From Pseudomonadota bacterium (lineage in GTDB: Bacteria; Pseudomonadota; Gammaproteobacteria; Burkholderiales; Burkholderiaceae_C), in contig JAZKFQ010000022.1 in assembly GCA_040386375.1 (NCBI GenBank), forward strand, positions 30,372 through 94,371: 64,000 nt of DNA, given 5' to 3'. This document shows, piece by piece, positions 9,610-19,337 of this stretch. The position numbers and the translations under genes were made by a program. How positions within the stretch are numbered: position 1 is the first letter of the stretch; each line of letters begins with the position of its first letter. The notes beneath the pieces are model-generated. The model did not search any database, was not told where the DNA came from, and was given only the letters and a program-made list of their open reading frames with translations.

Positions 9610-10638
9610 TCAGATTTCGTCGTAGACGACTTCCAGCGTGGGCTTGACCAGGTCCGCCTTGCCCACCATGTCGAACAAGGTGGCCGGCTCCATCTTGAAG
9701 TCGCGCCCGGTCACCTCGGCCGAGAACAGGCTCAGCAGCTGGTCCTGCGTCTGCGGCTTGGGCCGCACCGGTGGTGCGCTGGCCACGTTGCTGGCCAGTT
9801 CCTCGAACAGCGGCGCCCACTGCGTGCCGGGCCGGCCGATGATCTCGTAGCTGGCGCTCTTGCGGCGGATGTCTTCATTGGCCGGGATGGTGGCCAGCAC
9901 CGGGATGCCGGCGTGCTCGGCAAACACCTTGGCTTCGCCGGTGCCGTCGTCGCGGTTGATCACCATGCCGGCCACACCCACGTTGCCGCCCAGCTTGCGG
10001 AAATACTCCACCGCGCTGCAGACGTTGTTGGCCACGTACAGGCTTTGCAGGTCGTTGCTGGCGACCACGATCACCTTCTGGCACATGTCGCGGGCGATCG
10101 GCAGGCCGAAGCCGCCGCACACCACGTCGCCCAGGAAGTCGAGCAGCACGAAGTCGAAGCCCCAGTCGTGGAAGCCCAGCTTCTCCAGGGTCTCGAAGCC
10201 GTGGATGATGCCGCGCCCGCCGCAGCCGCGGCCCACCTCGGGGCCACCCAGCTCCATGGCGTAGACACCGTCGCGCTTGAAGCAGACGTCGCCGATGGCA
10301 ACGGCTTCACCCGCCAGCTTCTTCTTGCTGCTGGTCTCGATGATGGTGGGGCAGGCCTTGCCGCCGAACAGCAGGCTGGTTGTGTCGCTCTTCGGGTCGC
10401 AGCCGATCAGCAGCACCTTCTTGCCCTGCTGGGCCATCATGTAGCTGAGGTTGGCCAGGGTGAAGCTCTTGCCGATGCCACCCTTGCCGTAGATGGCGAT
10501 GATCTGGGTTTCCTTGGTCACCGGGCCGGTGGGCACGGCATCGGGTTCGATCGCGGCCTCGGCCCGCAGCTGCAGGTCGCGCAGGATCTGGATCGGTGCG
10601 CTGGCGGGACCCTGGGGGCTGTTGATGCTGTGGGTCAT
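9610..10638 (-). CDS. bchX: Chlorophyllide a reductase iron protein X
   Basis: YGKGGIGKS, GCDPKSDT, GGPEVGRGCGGRG, DFLGDVVCGGF. Confidence 0.97.
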   Translation of the reverse strand: MTHSINSPQGPASAPIQILRDLQLRAEAAIEPDAVPTGPVTKETQIIAIYGKGGIGKSFTLANLSYMMAQQGKKVLLIGCDPKSDTTSLLFGGKACPTIIETSSKKKLAGEAVAIGDVCFKRDGVYAMELGGPEVGRGCGGRGIIHGFETLEKLGFHDWGFDFVLLDFLGDVVCGGFGLPIARDMCQKVIVVASNDLQSLYVANNVCSAVEYFRKLGGNVGVAGMVINRDDGTGEAKVFAEHAGIPVLATIPANEDIRRKSASYEIIGRPGTQWAPLFEELASNVASAPPVRPKPQTQDQLLSLFSAEVTGRDFKMEPATLFDMVGKADLVKPTLEVVYDEI

Positions 10639-10639
10639 G

Positions 10640-11602
10640 TCAATGTGTCCAGTCGAGAACCATCTTGAGACAGGCCACATCGCCGAAGGCGGTGCGGTAG
10701 GCGTTGTCGGCCTGTGCGGAGGGCGCGTGGTGGGTGATGAGCCCGTCCAGCGTCAGCAGGCCGTTGGCGATCAGCGCCTGCACGGCCAGCAAGTCGGGCC
10801 GCTGCCATTCGGCGGCAGCACGCAGGCGGGCTTCACGCATGAAGGCCGGTGCGAAATTGAAGTGCAGGGGCTGGCTGTAGAAGCCGGCCAGGATCACTTC
10901 GCCACCAGGCGCCAACCGGGCAATCAGGGTGTCGAGCAAGTCGGAGTCGCCGCTGACATCGCAGATCACGTCGTAGTTGCGGCGGGCGTCGGCGTCGGGG
11001 TGCAGCACGGTGTAGCCCTGGGCGCCGGTGGCGCGCACCGGGTTGGTCTCCCAGACCACGGTGTCGGTGCAGCCGGCGGCCACGTTCAGCCGGGCCAGCA
11101 GCCGGCCCAGCACGCCATGGCCCACGATCAGCTGCGGTGCGCGTGGGTGCTCGATGCGCCCGCCGCCCGACACCGCGTGGTAGGCGGTGGCGGCCAGGGC
11201 CAGCAGCACGGCCTGTTCACCCAGGGCCTCGTCGACCGCGATCACCCGCCGGCCCGGCACCACCAGGCGCGAGGCCGAGCCGCCGAACAGGCCACGCACC
11301 GGCTGCCCGTCCAGCGGGCCGAAGCAGTTGGCACCGGGCACGAAGACCTGCTGGCCGATTTCCAGGCCACTGGCCTCACCGGCCTGCACCACGCGGCCCA
11401 CGGACTCATAACCCGGCACCAGCGGATAGCCCATGCCGGGGAAGCTGGGCATGCGGCCGGTGAACAGCAGCCGTTCGGTGCCGGTGGAGATGCCGCTCCA
11501 GTGCACGTCCACCACCACGTCGTCGGCGGTGGGCTCGGACAGCTGCAGGTCGGCCAGGCCGATGTGCTCGGGGCGGCTCAACAGCACGGCGGTGGTGTTC
11601 AT
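10640..11602 (-). CDS. bchC: Bacteriochlorophyllide a 3-hydroxyethyl dehydrogenase
   Basis: WSGISTGTERL, GYPLVPGYESVG, FMREARL, CLKMVLDW. Confidence 0.96.
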   Translation of the reverse strand: MNTTAVLLSRPEHIGLADLQLSEPTADDVVVDVHWSGISTGTERLLFTGRMPSFPGMGYPLVPGYESVGRVVQAGEASGLEIGQQVFVPGANCFGPLDGQPVRGLFGGSASRLVVPGRRVIAVDEALGEQAVLLALAATAYHAVSGGGRIEHPRAPQLIVGHGVLGRLLARLNVAAGCTDTVVWETNPVRATGAQGYTVLHPDADARRNYDVICDVSGDSDLLDTLIARLAPGGEVILAGFYSQPLHFNFAPAFMREARLRAAAEWQRPDLLAVQALIANGLLTLDGLITHHAPSAQADNAYRTAFGDVACLKMVLDWTH

Positions 11603-11673
11603 GCCGGCGTGGCGCCAAAGGCGCGTTCAGAGGGTTGGTTGATGCAGGTCATGCGGTGGGTGTCTGGCTTGAG

Positions 11674-11717
11674 TGTCACTTTACGCATACTTGATAAAGT
11701 GTCAAGCAAAACTGACA
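11674..11717 (-). promoter_or_regulatory. bchC promoter with two PpsR/CrtJ boxes 8 bp apart
   Basis: TGTCAAGCAAAACTGACA (11700-11717, perfect TGT-N12-ACA) and TGTCACTTTACGCATACT (11674-11691, one mismatch); minus-strand TTGACA-16-TAAAGT overlaps them. Confidence 0.85.
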
Positions 11718-11767
11718 CAGGGTCATCACCAACGCACAACAACGGGGCGCATGGCAGGCGCACGGCA

Positions 11768-12976
11768 TCAGCCCGCCGCCGGCCGTGCCAGCAGCACCTG
11801 GGTCTGCAGCGGCATGGTGGTGTGCAGCAGCCGCGGTGGGCCGAAGCCCGCGGCCTGCAGCAGGGCCCCGAGCCGGGCCACGCTGCGGGGCTGGCCGCTG
11901 CCCATGGCCCAGAGGTAGAGGCCGAAATAGGCATCGCCCATGGCCTGGGCGCCGGCGGTGCCGGCCATGGGCTCGGCCAGCAGCAGCACGCCGTGCGGCG
12001 GCAGTGCTCGGCGCACCGCCTGCAGCAGGGCCAGCACACGGTGGTCGTCGTGGTCGTGCACCACCCGCACCAGGCTGATCACATCGGCGCCGCTGGGCAG
12101 TGCATCGCTGCAGAAGTCGCCGCCCACCGCGGTGGCGCGGCCGCTCAGGCCCAGCGCCGCCAGCCGGCCCTGGGCGCGCCGCGCCACCTCGGGCAGGTCG
12201 AACACCAGCAGCTGCAGATGGGGCCAGCGCTGGCCTGCCGCGGCGGCGAACACACCCTCGCCGCCACCCACGTCCATCAGGCACTGGTGGCGCTGCAGCG
12301 GGTAGGCATCCAGGATCTGGTCGGCCACCAGCGGCTGCGAGGCCGCCATCAGCGCCGAGTAGTCGGCCACCTGGGCCGGCGCCAGGGTGTGCGGCTGCGG
12401 GCTGCGGGCATAGGCCCAGTAGCGCGCCAGGTCCCCCTGGCCGGGGGGGGCGCGCAACAGGGCCAGCGGGTCGGCCAGGTCGGCATACAGCAGCTGGTGG
12501 TGCTGCACCATCGCGGCGATGGCGGCATTGCCCACCATCGGCGCGCCCAGCGGGCCCAGGCGGTAGACGGCCGGCAGCGGGCCATGCTGGCGGCGGGCCA
12601 GCAGGCGCAGGGCCACGGCGGCATCCAGCAGGCGGCGGCAGGCCTCCAGCGGCAGATGCAGGGCGGGGGCCAGGGCCTCGGCGGTGGCAGCGCCCTGGGC
12701 CAGGCGGTCGAACAGCTTGAGCTGCACGCAGGCCAGCAGCACCTGGCTGTAGCTGAAGCCGGCCACCAGGTCGAACAGCTGGCTGGCGCGGCGGCGGGCG
12801 ATGGGCCGGGTGAGCGGGAAGCGCTCGGCCCAGCGGCGGAAGGCCGGGCTGGCCACCCGTTGCGTGGCCCAGTGCTGCAGGGCGTCGCGCCAGCGGGCGA
12901 ACAGGCCGGTGCTGGGCGTGGACTGCAGGGGCAGGGCTTCGGGCCCTGCCTCGGGCACCGATGGCAGCGTGGCCAT
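11768..12976 (-). CDS. crtF: Hydroxyneurosporene O-methyltransferase
   Basis: FQRWA-like FRRWAERFPLTRPIARRRA, LFDLVAGFSYSQVL, SAM motif MDVGGGEG, VRVVHDHDD. Confidence 0.93.
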   Translation of the reverse strand: MATLPSVPEAGPEALPLQSTPSTGLFARWRDALQHWATQRVASPAFRRWAERFPLTRPIARRRASQLFDLVAGFSYSQVLLACVQLKLFDRLAQGAATAEALAPALHLPLEACRRLLDAAVALRLLARRQHGPLPAVYRLGPLGAPMVGNAAIAAMVQHHQLLYADLADPLALLRAPPGQGDLARYWAYARSPQPHTLAPAQVADYSALMAASQPLVADQILDAYPLQRHQCLMDVGGGEGVFAAAAGQRWPHLQLLVFDLPEVARRAQGRLAALGLSGRATAVGGDFCSDALPSGADVISLVRVVHDHDDHRVLALLQAVRRALPPHGVLLLAEPMAGTAGAQAMGDAYFGLYLWAMGSGQPRSVARLGALLQAAGFGPPRLLHTTMPLQTQVLLARPAAG

Positions 12977-12999
12977 GCCGGGTCCGGACGGGCCGGTGC

Positions 13000-13905
13000 T
13001 CAGGCCACGGCCCGCACGTGCGGCATGGCGTGCGCCTGGCTGAGCTGCCGGCACAGCGCGGCCGGCACCAGGCGCTCGGATTCGGCCCGCACCAGGGCGC
13101 GCAGCCGTGCCGCACCGCGGCAATCGGGCACGGCGGCGGCGGCATGGTCCACCAGCTGCTGGAAATGCGCCACCGCGCCCAGCAGGCCATGGGCGGCGGC
13201 CATGCTGGGCCGGCCCAGGGCCTGGTCACGCCCCACCGGCTTGCCCAGCAGCAGCGGGTCGGCCGCCACGTCGCGGATGTCGTCGGCCACCTGGTAGGCC
13301 TCGCCCAGCCATTCACCCAGCGCACGCCAGGGCGCGGGAGGGGAACCGGCGGCCTCGGCGCCGGCCATGGTGGCGGCGGCGAACAGGGCGCCGGTCTTGG
13401 CACGCTGGTAATCACGCAGCGACACCTGCGGTTCACATTCCCAGGCCTGGCCGGCCACGATGCCATGCGGCTGGCCCACGCCGCGTGCCACCAGGCCCAG
13501 CAGGCTGGCCAGGCGCTGCGGCTGGCGGCTGGGCGCGCCTGCCAGCGCCTGGAAGGCCAGCACGATCAGCGCGTCACCGGCCAGCACCGCCAGACGCTCA
13601 CCGTAGGCGCTGTGCACCGAGGGCACGCCGCGGCGCAGCGGTGAATCGTCGAAGCAGGGCAGGTCGTCATGCACCAGGGAGGCACAGTGCAGCAGCTCCA
13701 GCGCGGTGGCGGCGGCATCGGTCAGCACCGGATCGTCGTCGCCGCAGGCCAGGGCCACCGCCACGCACAGGCGCGGCCGCACCCGGGCGCCGCCCGGGAA
13801 CACGGCATGCCGCACCGCCGCCGCCAGGCGTGGCGGGCCACCAGGCAGCTCGGTGCCGGAGAGTGCGGCCGACAGCGCCTGCTCGATGCGTTGCATGGGA
13901 TCCAT
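13000..13905 (-). CDS. crtE: Geranylgeranyl pyrophosphate synthase
   Basis: GGARVRP, ELLHCASLVHDDLPCFDD..LRRG, AGQAWE, KTGALF, AYQVADD. Confidence 0.96.
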   Translation of the reverse strand: MDPMQRIEQALSAALSGTELPGGPPRLAAAVRHAVFPGGARVRPRLCVAVALACGDDDPVLTDAAATALELLHCASLVHDDLPCFDDSPLRRGVPSVHSAYGERLAVLAGDALIVLAFQALAGAPSRQPQRLASLLGLVARGVGQPHGIVAGQAWECEPQVSLRDYQRAKTGALFAAATMAGAEAAGSPPAPWRALGEWLGEAYQVADDIRDVAADPLLLGKPVGRDQALGRPSMAAAHGLLGAVAHFQQLVDHAAAAVPDCRGAARLRALVRAESERLVPAALCRQLSQAHAMPHVRAVA

Positions 13906-13950
13906 GGCTCCTCCGTTGAACGCCGGGCAAACCCCAGGCACAAAACCCGG

Positions 13951-13994
13951 TGTCACTGCGGCATTACAATATGATGTGTCATGCAGGATAGACA
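13951..13994. promoter_or_regulatory. Two perfect PpsR boxes 8 bp apart in the divergent crtE/crtD promoter
   Basis: TGTCACTGCGGCATTACA (13951-13968) and TGTCATGCAGGATAGACA (13977-13994). Confidence 0.9.
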
Positions 13995-14054
13995 CGTGAA
14001 CCGGAAGCGTCAACTCTGGTTGTCACCTTGGCCCGGTGTGGCAGGTGGTGTGGC

Positions 14055-15623
14055 ATGCCCCCGGTGATCGTCGTCGGCGCCGGCATCGGCGGCCTGGCGG
14101 CGGCGGTGGCCCTGGCCGCACAAGGCCAGGCGGTGCGGGTGATCGAGCGGGACAGCGCCCCCGGCGGCAAGCTGCGGCCGGTGCACATCGACGGCCTGGC
14201 GCTGGACGCCGGCCCCACCGTGATGACCATGCGCGATGTGTTCGACGGCCTGTTCGCCCTGGCCGGTGAACGGCTGGACGACCACCTGCAGCTGACGCCG
14301 CTGCGCACGCTGGCGCGCCACACCTGGCCCGATGGCAGCTGCTTCGACCTGCATGCCGACCGGGCCACCACGCTGGACGCCATCGGCCGCCTGGCGGGCG
14401 CGGCGGCGGTGCGCCAGTACGCGGAGTTCTGCGCCCGATCACGCTCGATCTACGAGACGCTGAACCAGCCCTATCTGCGCAGCAGCCGGCCCAACCCGGT
14501 GTCGCTGGCCTGGCGCTGCGCGCGGGGTGGCCTGGCGCAGTGGCTGGCGCTGGCGCGCATCTCCCCGTTCCAGACCCTGTGGCGCGAACTGGGCCGGCAG
14601 TTCAGCGACCCGCGGCTGCGACAGCTGTTTGCGCGCTATGCCACCTATGGCGGCTCGTCGCCGCTGGCCGCGCCGGCCACGCTGATGCTGATCGCCCATG
14701 TGGAGCAGGCCGGCGTGTGGAGCGTGCAGGGCGGCATGCACCAGCTGGCGCAGGCCCTGGCGCAGCTGGCCAGGCGCCTGGGCGTGACCATCGATTGCAA
14801 CCGGCAGGTGGCGCGTGTGCTGCTGCACCAGGGCCGCGCAGCGGGCGTGCAGCTGCTGGATGCCGATGGCATGCCGGGCGAGAGCCTGCCGGCCGCGGGC
14901 GTGGTCTTCAACGGCGATGCCGCCGCCCTGGGCGCCGGCCTGCTGGGCGACGCGCTGCGCCGGGCGGTGCCGCCGCGGCCGCCGGCCAGCCGCTCGCTGT
15001 CGGCCCTGACCTGGAATCTGCGCACCCCGGCCCAAGGCTTTCCGTTGTTGCGCCACACGGTGTTCTTCTCGGGGGACTACCCGCGGGAGTTCCAGGAGCT
15101 GTTTGCCCAGGGCGTGCTGCCCACCGAGCCCACGGTCTACATCTGCGCCCAGGACCGCACCGACCTGCCGCTGCCCCCTGGCAGCCCGGCCGAGCGTCTG
15201 CTGTGCCTGGTGAACGCCCCAGCCCGTGGCGACCGTGGTGCCCCCACCGACGAGGAGATCGCCGCATGCGAACAACGCAGCTTCGCGCACCTGGCCCGCC
15301 TGGGCCTGCAACTGCAGCCCGACAGCCCGGGCCGGCTGCGGCAGAGCCCGGCGCACTGGGCGCAGCGCTTTCCGGCGACGGGCGGGGCGCTGTACGGCCA
15401 GGCCACCCACGGCTGGCAGGCGTCGTTCAGCCGGCCGGCGGCGGCCACGGCGGTGCCGGGGCTCTACCTGGCCGGGGGCAGCACCCACCCGGGGGCGGGT
15501 GTGCCGATGGCGGCGCTGTCGGGCCTGCTGGCGGCCCAGCAGGTGCTGGCCGAGCGCCCTGGCCGGATTTCGACCTGGCCGTGGCGCCCGGTGGTTATGC
15601 CTGGTGGTACCTCGACGCCCTGA
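14055..15623 (+). CDS. crtD: 1-hydroxycarotenoid 3,4-desaturase
   Basis: VIVVGAGIGGL, DAGPTVMTM, LFARYATYGGSSP, GLYLAGGSTHPGAGVPMAALSG. Confidence 0.94.
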   Translation: MPPVIVVGAGIGGLAAAVALAAQGQAVRVIERDSAPGGKLRPVHIDGLALDAGPTVMTMRDVFDGLFALAGERLDDHLQLTPLRTLARHTWPDGSCFDLHADRATTLDAIGRLAGAAAVRQYAEFCARSRSIYETLNQPYLRSSRPNPVSLAWRCARGGLAQWLALARISPFQTLWRELGRQFSDPRLRQLFARYATYGGSSPLAAPATLMLIAHVEQAGVWSVQGGMHQLAQALAQLARRLGVTIDCNRQVARVLLHQGRAAGVQLLDADGMPGESLPAAGVVFNGDAAALGAGLLGDALRRAVPPRPPASRSLSALTWNLRTPAQGFPLLRHTVFFSGDYPREFQELFAQGVLPTEPTVYICAQDRTDLPLPPGSPAERLLCLVNAPARGDRGAPTDEEIAACEQRSFAHLARLGLQLQPDSPGRLRQSPAHWAQRFPATGGALYGQATHGWQASFSRPAAATAVPGLYLAGGSTHPGAGVPMAALSGLLAAQQVLAERPGRISTWPWRPVVMPGGTSTP

Positions 15624-16510
15624 GCGACGACGGCCGCCACGGCCTGGTGCTGATCGCCTTCATCGGCAGCGTGTTCTCGCCCTACTACGCCTGGGCGCGG
15701 GCGCGCCAGGGCGGCCTGGCCGACGCGCAGCAGCATGTGGCCATCAACGTGGCGCTCTACACCCCCGGGGGTGGCCCGGGTGCACGCTGGGCCATGACCG
15801 AGCGTGGTGCCGGCGCCCTGCAGCGCAGCAGCCACCGCCTGGCCATCGGCCCCAGCGCCCTGCACTGGGACGGCAGCGCGCTGGACATCCGGCTCGACGA
15901 ACGCTGCGTGCCGCTGCCGCGCCGCCTGCGTGGCCGGCTGCGCCTGCATCCGCAGGCCCTGGGCGCGCCGGCGCCGCTGGCGCTGGACAGTGCCGGTGTG
16001 CACCAATGGTGGCCGATCGCGCCCGGCGCCCGCATCGAGGTCGACCTGGCCGAACCCGGCTGGCGCTGGCAAGGCCCGGCCTACCTGGACAGCAACCGCG
16101 GCGCTGTGCCGCTGGAACACAGCTTCGCCAGCTGGCAATGGGCACGTGCCACGCTGGACGCCCGGCGCAGCGCCGTGGCCTACGACGCGGTCGAGGTGGA
16201 CGGCTGCGGCCGCCACATCGCGCTGCAGTTCGATGCCCGGGGTGGCAGCCGGCCGTTCGACGCTTCACCGCTGCAGGCCCTGCCGAAGTCGGCGGTGTTC
16301 CGCCTGCCGCGTGCCATGCGCAGCGACGGCGGCCAGGCGCCGACCGTGCAGCGCACGCTGGAGGACACACCGTTCTACAACCGCAGCCTGGTGGCGGCGC
16401 GCTGGGATGGCCAACCGGTGCTGGCCATGCATGAGAGCCTGGACCTGGCCCGTTTCCGCCACCCGCTGGTGCAGGCCATGCTGCCGTTTCGCATGCCGCG
16501 GCGGGGCTGA
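15266..16510 (+). CDS. crtC: Carotenoid 1,2-hydratase (start uncertain: ATG 15266 or GTG 15581)
   Basis: PGGYAWWYLDALSDDG, IAFIGSVFSPYY, EDTPFYNRS, MLPFRMPR; overlaps the 3' end of crtD. Confidence 0.9.
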   Translation: MRTTQLRAPGPPGPATAARQPGPAAAEPGALGAALSGDGRGAVRPGHPRLAGVVQPAGGGHGGAGALPGRGQHPPGGGCADGGAVGPAGGPAGAGRAPWPDFDLAVAPGGYAWWYLDALSDDGRHGLVLIAFIGSVFSPYYAWARARQGGLADAQQHVAINVALYTPGGGPGARWAMTERGAGALQRSSHRLAIGPSALHWDGSALDIRLDERCVPLPRRLRGRLRLHPQALGAPAPLALDSAGVHQWWPIAPGARIEVDLAEPGWRWQGPAYLDSNRGAVPLEHSFASWQWARATLDARRSAVAYDAVEVDGCGRHIALQFDARGGSRPFDASPLQALPKSAVFRLPRAMRSDGGQAPTVQRTLEDTPFYNRSLVAARWDGQPVLAMHESLDLARFRHPLVQAMLPFRMPRRG

Positions 16511-16516
16511 CGGCGC

Positions 16517-16660
16517 TCAGCCCCGGTCGACCTCGGCGTCGGCATGGTCCTGGCGCTGCTGGCGTTCGGCGGCCCGGCGGTCACGCCGCAGCACATGCAG
16601 CTGCCAGCCGCCCCACAGCAGCGGGGCGCCGAAGAACAGCACCAGCTCCCACCAGATCAT
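16517..16660 (-). CDS. 47-aa small membrane protein of unknown function (absent from the ORF track)
   Basis: Hand translation MIWWELVLFFGAPLLWGGWQLHVLRRDRRAAERQQRQDHADAEVDRG; host-like codons; fills the gap 18 nt after the crtB stop. Confidence 0.65.
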   Translation of the reverse strand: MIWWELVLFFGAPLLWGGWQLHVLRRDRRAAERQQRQDHADAEVDRG

Positions 16661-16678
16661 GGCCGCAGCCGGCGGGGG

Positions 16679-17797
16679 TTATTCCGCACCGCCGGCCATG
16701 GCATTGCCGTCGGCCAGGGTCCAGCCACGGTCGCGCCGCTCCAGCCGGTCGAACAGCGCGACCACGCCGGCCAGGCGCCGCGGCGCCGGGGCCACGAAGT
16801 GGCCGGCGTGCAGCGGGCCGGTCACCGCCTCCACCAGGTAGCGTGTGGCCGGCAGCGGTGGCTGCGGGCGCCAGCTGTCGTCGGGCAACAGCGTGAGCAG
16901 GGCGCGCAGCAGGCTGGTGGCCTTGCGCCGGCGGCTGACCACGGCGCGCCGGTCCACCGCATTCAGGCCCTGGCGCTCCACCTCCAGCCCGATCTGGGCA
17001 TACAGGAAGCGCGCCGCGTTGATGCCGGGCCGGCAGCCCAGCGGCAGGGCCGCCACGCCGGCGTCCACCCGGGCATAGAGGGCATCGGCCTCGCGCAGCA
17101 GGCGCTGCACCACCGCACCCAGCGCCGGGCTGTGGCGCGGCGCTGCCAGCCAGGCGTCGGGGCAGATGCCGGCCTCGTGCAGCCACTGGCGCGGCAGGTA
17201 GAGCCGCCCGAGGCGGGCGTCCTCGCCCACGTCGCGGGCGATGTTGGACAGCTGCATCGCCACGCCCAGGTCGCAGGCGCGCGCCAGGCCGGCGGCGCTG
17301 CGTACGCCCATCAGCAGGGCCATCATCGCGCCCACGGCGCCGGCCACGCGTGCGGCATAGGCCTGCAGCTCGTGCAGGCTGTCGTAGCGGCGGCCGGCGG
17401 CATCCCATTCGAAGCCCTCGATCAGCGCCTGCGGCAGCTCGGCCGGGATGTCGAAGCGCCGCACCACCACGGCCAGGGCGCGGTCGGCCGCCTGCGGGCC
17501 CGGGCGGCCGGCGTAGATCTCGGCCAGGCGCTGGCGCAGCCGGCCCACGGCCTGGCCGGCAGCGGCATCACCGGCCGCCCGCGGTGCGCCGCCACCGGTC
17601 TGGCCGTCGACCTCGTCGTCGGCCAGGCGGCAGAAGGCATACAGCGCGCAGGCCGGGTCGCGCACCGCGCCGGGCAGCAGCTTGCTGGCGGCCAGGAAGG
17701 TGCGCGAGCCATTGGCCAGCAACTGCTTGCAGGCCGCCAGGTCGCGGGCTTCGTCGGCCGCTTCAGGCGTGTGCGTTGGCTGTGACTTGATCACCAT
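16679..17797 (-). CDS. crtB: Phytoene synthase
   Basis: GSRTFLAAS, LYAFCRLADDEVD, YAARVAGAVG, LGVAMQLSNIARDVGEDARLGRLYLP. Confidence 0.96.
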   Translation of the reverse strand: MVIKSQPTHTPEAADEARDLAACKQLLANGSRTFLAASKLLPGAVRDPACALYAFCRLADDEVDGQTGGGAPRAAGDAAAGQAVGRLRQRLAEIYAGRPGPQAADRALAVVVRRFDIPAELPQALIEGFEWDAAGRRYDSLHELQAYAARVAGAVGAMMALLMGVRSAAGLARACDLGVAMQLSNIARDVGEDARLGRLYLPRQWLHEAGICPDAWLAAPRHSPALGAVVQRLLREADALYARVDAGVAALPLGCRPGINAARFLYAQIGLEVERQGLNAVDRRAVVSRRRKATSLLRALLTLLPDDSWRPQPPLPATRYLVEAVTGPLHAGHFVAPAPRRLAGVVALFDRLERRDRGWTLADGNAMAGGAE

Positions 17798-19337
17798 GGG
17801 GAACCACCGTGTCGAGGATGCGGGCGGAGGACAGCACGCCGGGCAGGCCGGCACCGGGATGGGTGCCGGCACCCACCAGGTAGAGCCGGCCGATGTCTTC
17901 GCTCTGGTTGTGCGGGCGGAACCAGGCGCTCTGCGTGAGCACCGGCTCCAGGCCGAAGGCCGCGCCGCGGAAGGAGGAGAGCCGGTCCTGGAAATCCAGC
18001 GGCGTGATCATGTGCGAGCTGACCACCTCGCTGGACAGGCCCGGCAGCAAGGTGCTCTCCAGCCGCCGCATGATCTTCTGGCGGTAGGGCTCGGCCGCGG
18101 TGGTCCAGTCGGCATCCCCCTGCAGGTGCGGCACCGGCGAGAGCACGTAGAACGCGTCGCAGCCGGGTGGCGCCAGCGATGGGTCGGTGGCGGTGGGGCG
18201 GTGCAGGTAGAGGCTGAAGTCCTCGGCCAGGTGCTTGCGGTCGAAGATGTCGGTCAGCAGCCCGCGGTAGCGCGGGCCCAGGGCGATGGTGTGGTGGGCC
18301 ACTTCCGGGTACTGGCGCTTGGTGCCGAAGTACCAGACGAACAGGCTCATCGAGTACCGGGCGCGCTCGATCTTGGCATCGGTCCAGCGCTTGCGGTGTT
18401 CGGGTGCCACCAGCTTGCGGTAGGTGGTGGCGGAATCCGCATTGGAGACCACCGCGTCCGCCGCCAGGCGCTCGCCGTTGGCCAGCAACACGCCGCAGGC
18501 CGCGCCATCCTTCACCAGGATCTGCGCCACGCTGGTGTTGCAGCGCACCACGTTGCCCTGGCCTTCGATCAAGCCGACCAGGCCGGTCACCAGCGCACCG
18601 GTGCCGCCGATGGCGAAGTGCACGCCGAAACGCCGCTCCAGGAAGGCGATCAGGCAGTACACCGAGGTGGTGGCAAACGGATTGCCGCCCACCAGCAGCG
18701 ACTGGAAGGTCAGCACCACACGCAGGCGCGGGTCCTGCACATGCTTGCAGGCCAGCTGCCACACGGTGCGCCAGGCTTCCAGCTTCAGCATCGCCGGCAG
18801 CACCCGGGCCATGTCGGTCCAGTGGCTGAAGGGCTTGTCGCCCAGCTGCTCGAAGCCCACCTTGTAGATCGCGGCGCTGGCCGCGAGGAAGTTCTCGTAG
18901 CCCTGCACGTCACCCGGCGCGAAGCGGCCGATCTCGGCGCGCATCTGGGCCGGGTCACCGGTGTAGTTGAACTCCTCGCCGCTGTCGAAGCGCACCCGGT
19001 AGAAGGGGCTCACCGGCACGATGGTCACGTCGTCGGCCAGGCGCTTGCCGCACAGGGCCCACAGCTCTTCCAGCAGGAAGGGCGCGGTGATGACGGTGGG
19101 GCCGGCGTCGAAGGTGAAGCCGTCCTGCTTGTAGACATAGGCGCGGCCGCCGGGGGCGTCCAGCTGCTCCAGCACGGTGACGCGCCAGCCGCGGGCGCCC
19201 AGCCGCACCGCCGCGGCCAGGCCGCCGAAACCGCTGCCGATCACCACCGCATGCGGTGGTGCCTTGCCGCGGGCAGTGCCGGCGGCAACGGGCGGGATCT
19301 GGGGGGCCGCCTGCAGGGGCAAGGTATGTGTCAACAT
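17763..19337 (-). CDS. crtI: Phytoene desaturase
   Basis: VIGSGFGGLAAAVRL, FTFDAGPTVIT, LVGAGTHPGAGLPGVLSSA. Confidence 0.97.
   Translation of the reverse strand: MLTHTLPLQAAPQIPPVAAGTARGKAPPHAVVIGSGFGGLAAAVRLGARGWRVTVLEQLDAPGGRAYVYKQDGFTFDAGPTVITAPFLLEELWALCGKRLADDVTIVPVSPFYRVRFDSGEEFNYTGDPAQMRAEIGRFAPGDVQGYENFLAASAAIYKVGFEQLGDKPFSHWTDMARVLPAMLKLEAWRTVWQLACKHVQDPRLRVVLTFQSLLVGGNPFATTSVYCLIAFLERRFGVHFAIGGTGALVTGLVGLIEGQGNVVRCNTSVAQILVKDGAACGVLLANGERLAADAVVSNADSATTYRKLVAPEHRKRWTDAKIERARYSMSLFVWYFGTKRQYPEVAHHTIALGPRYRGLLTDIFDRKHLAEDFSLYLHRPTATDPSLAPPGCDAFYVLSPVPHLQGDADWTTAAEPYRQKIMRRLESTLLPGLSSEVVSSHMITPLDFQDRLSSFRGAAFGLEPVLTQSAWFRPHNQSEDIGRLYLVGAGTHPGAGLPGVLSSARILDTVVPHGDQVTANAHA

Noticed and set aside
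11691-11705. FNR-like TTGAT...TCAA at the bchC promoter
   Set aside because: The spacer is 5 nt rather than 4 and the second half-site is better explained by the PpsR box and -35
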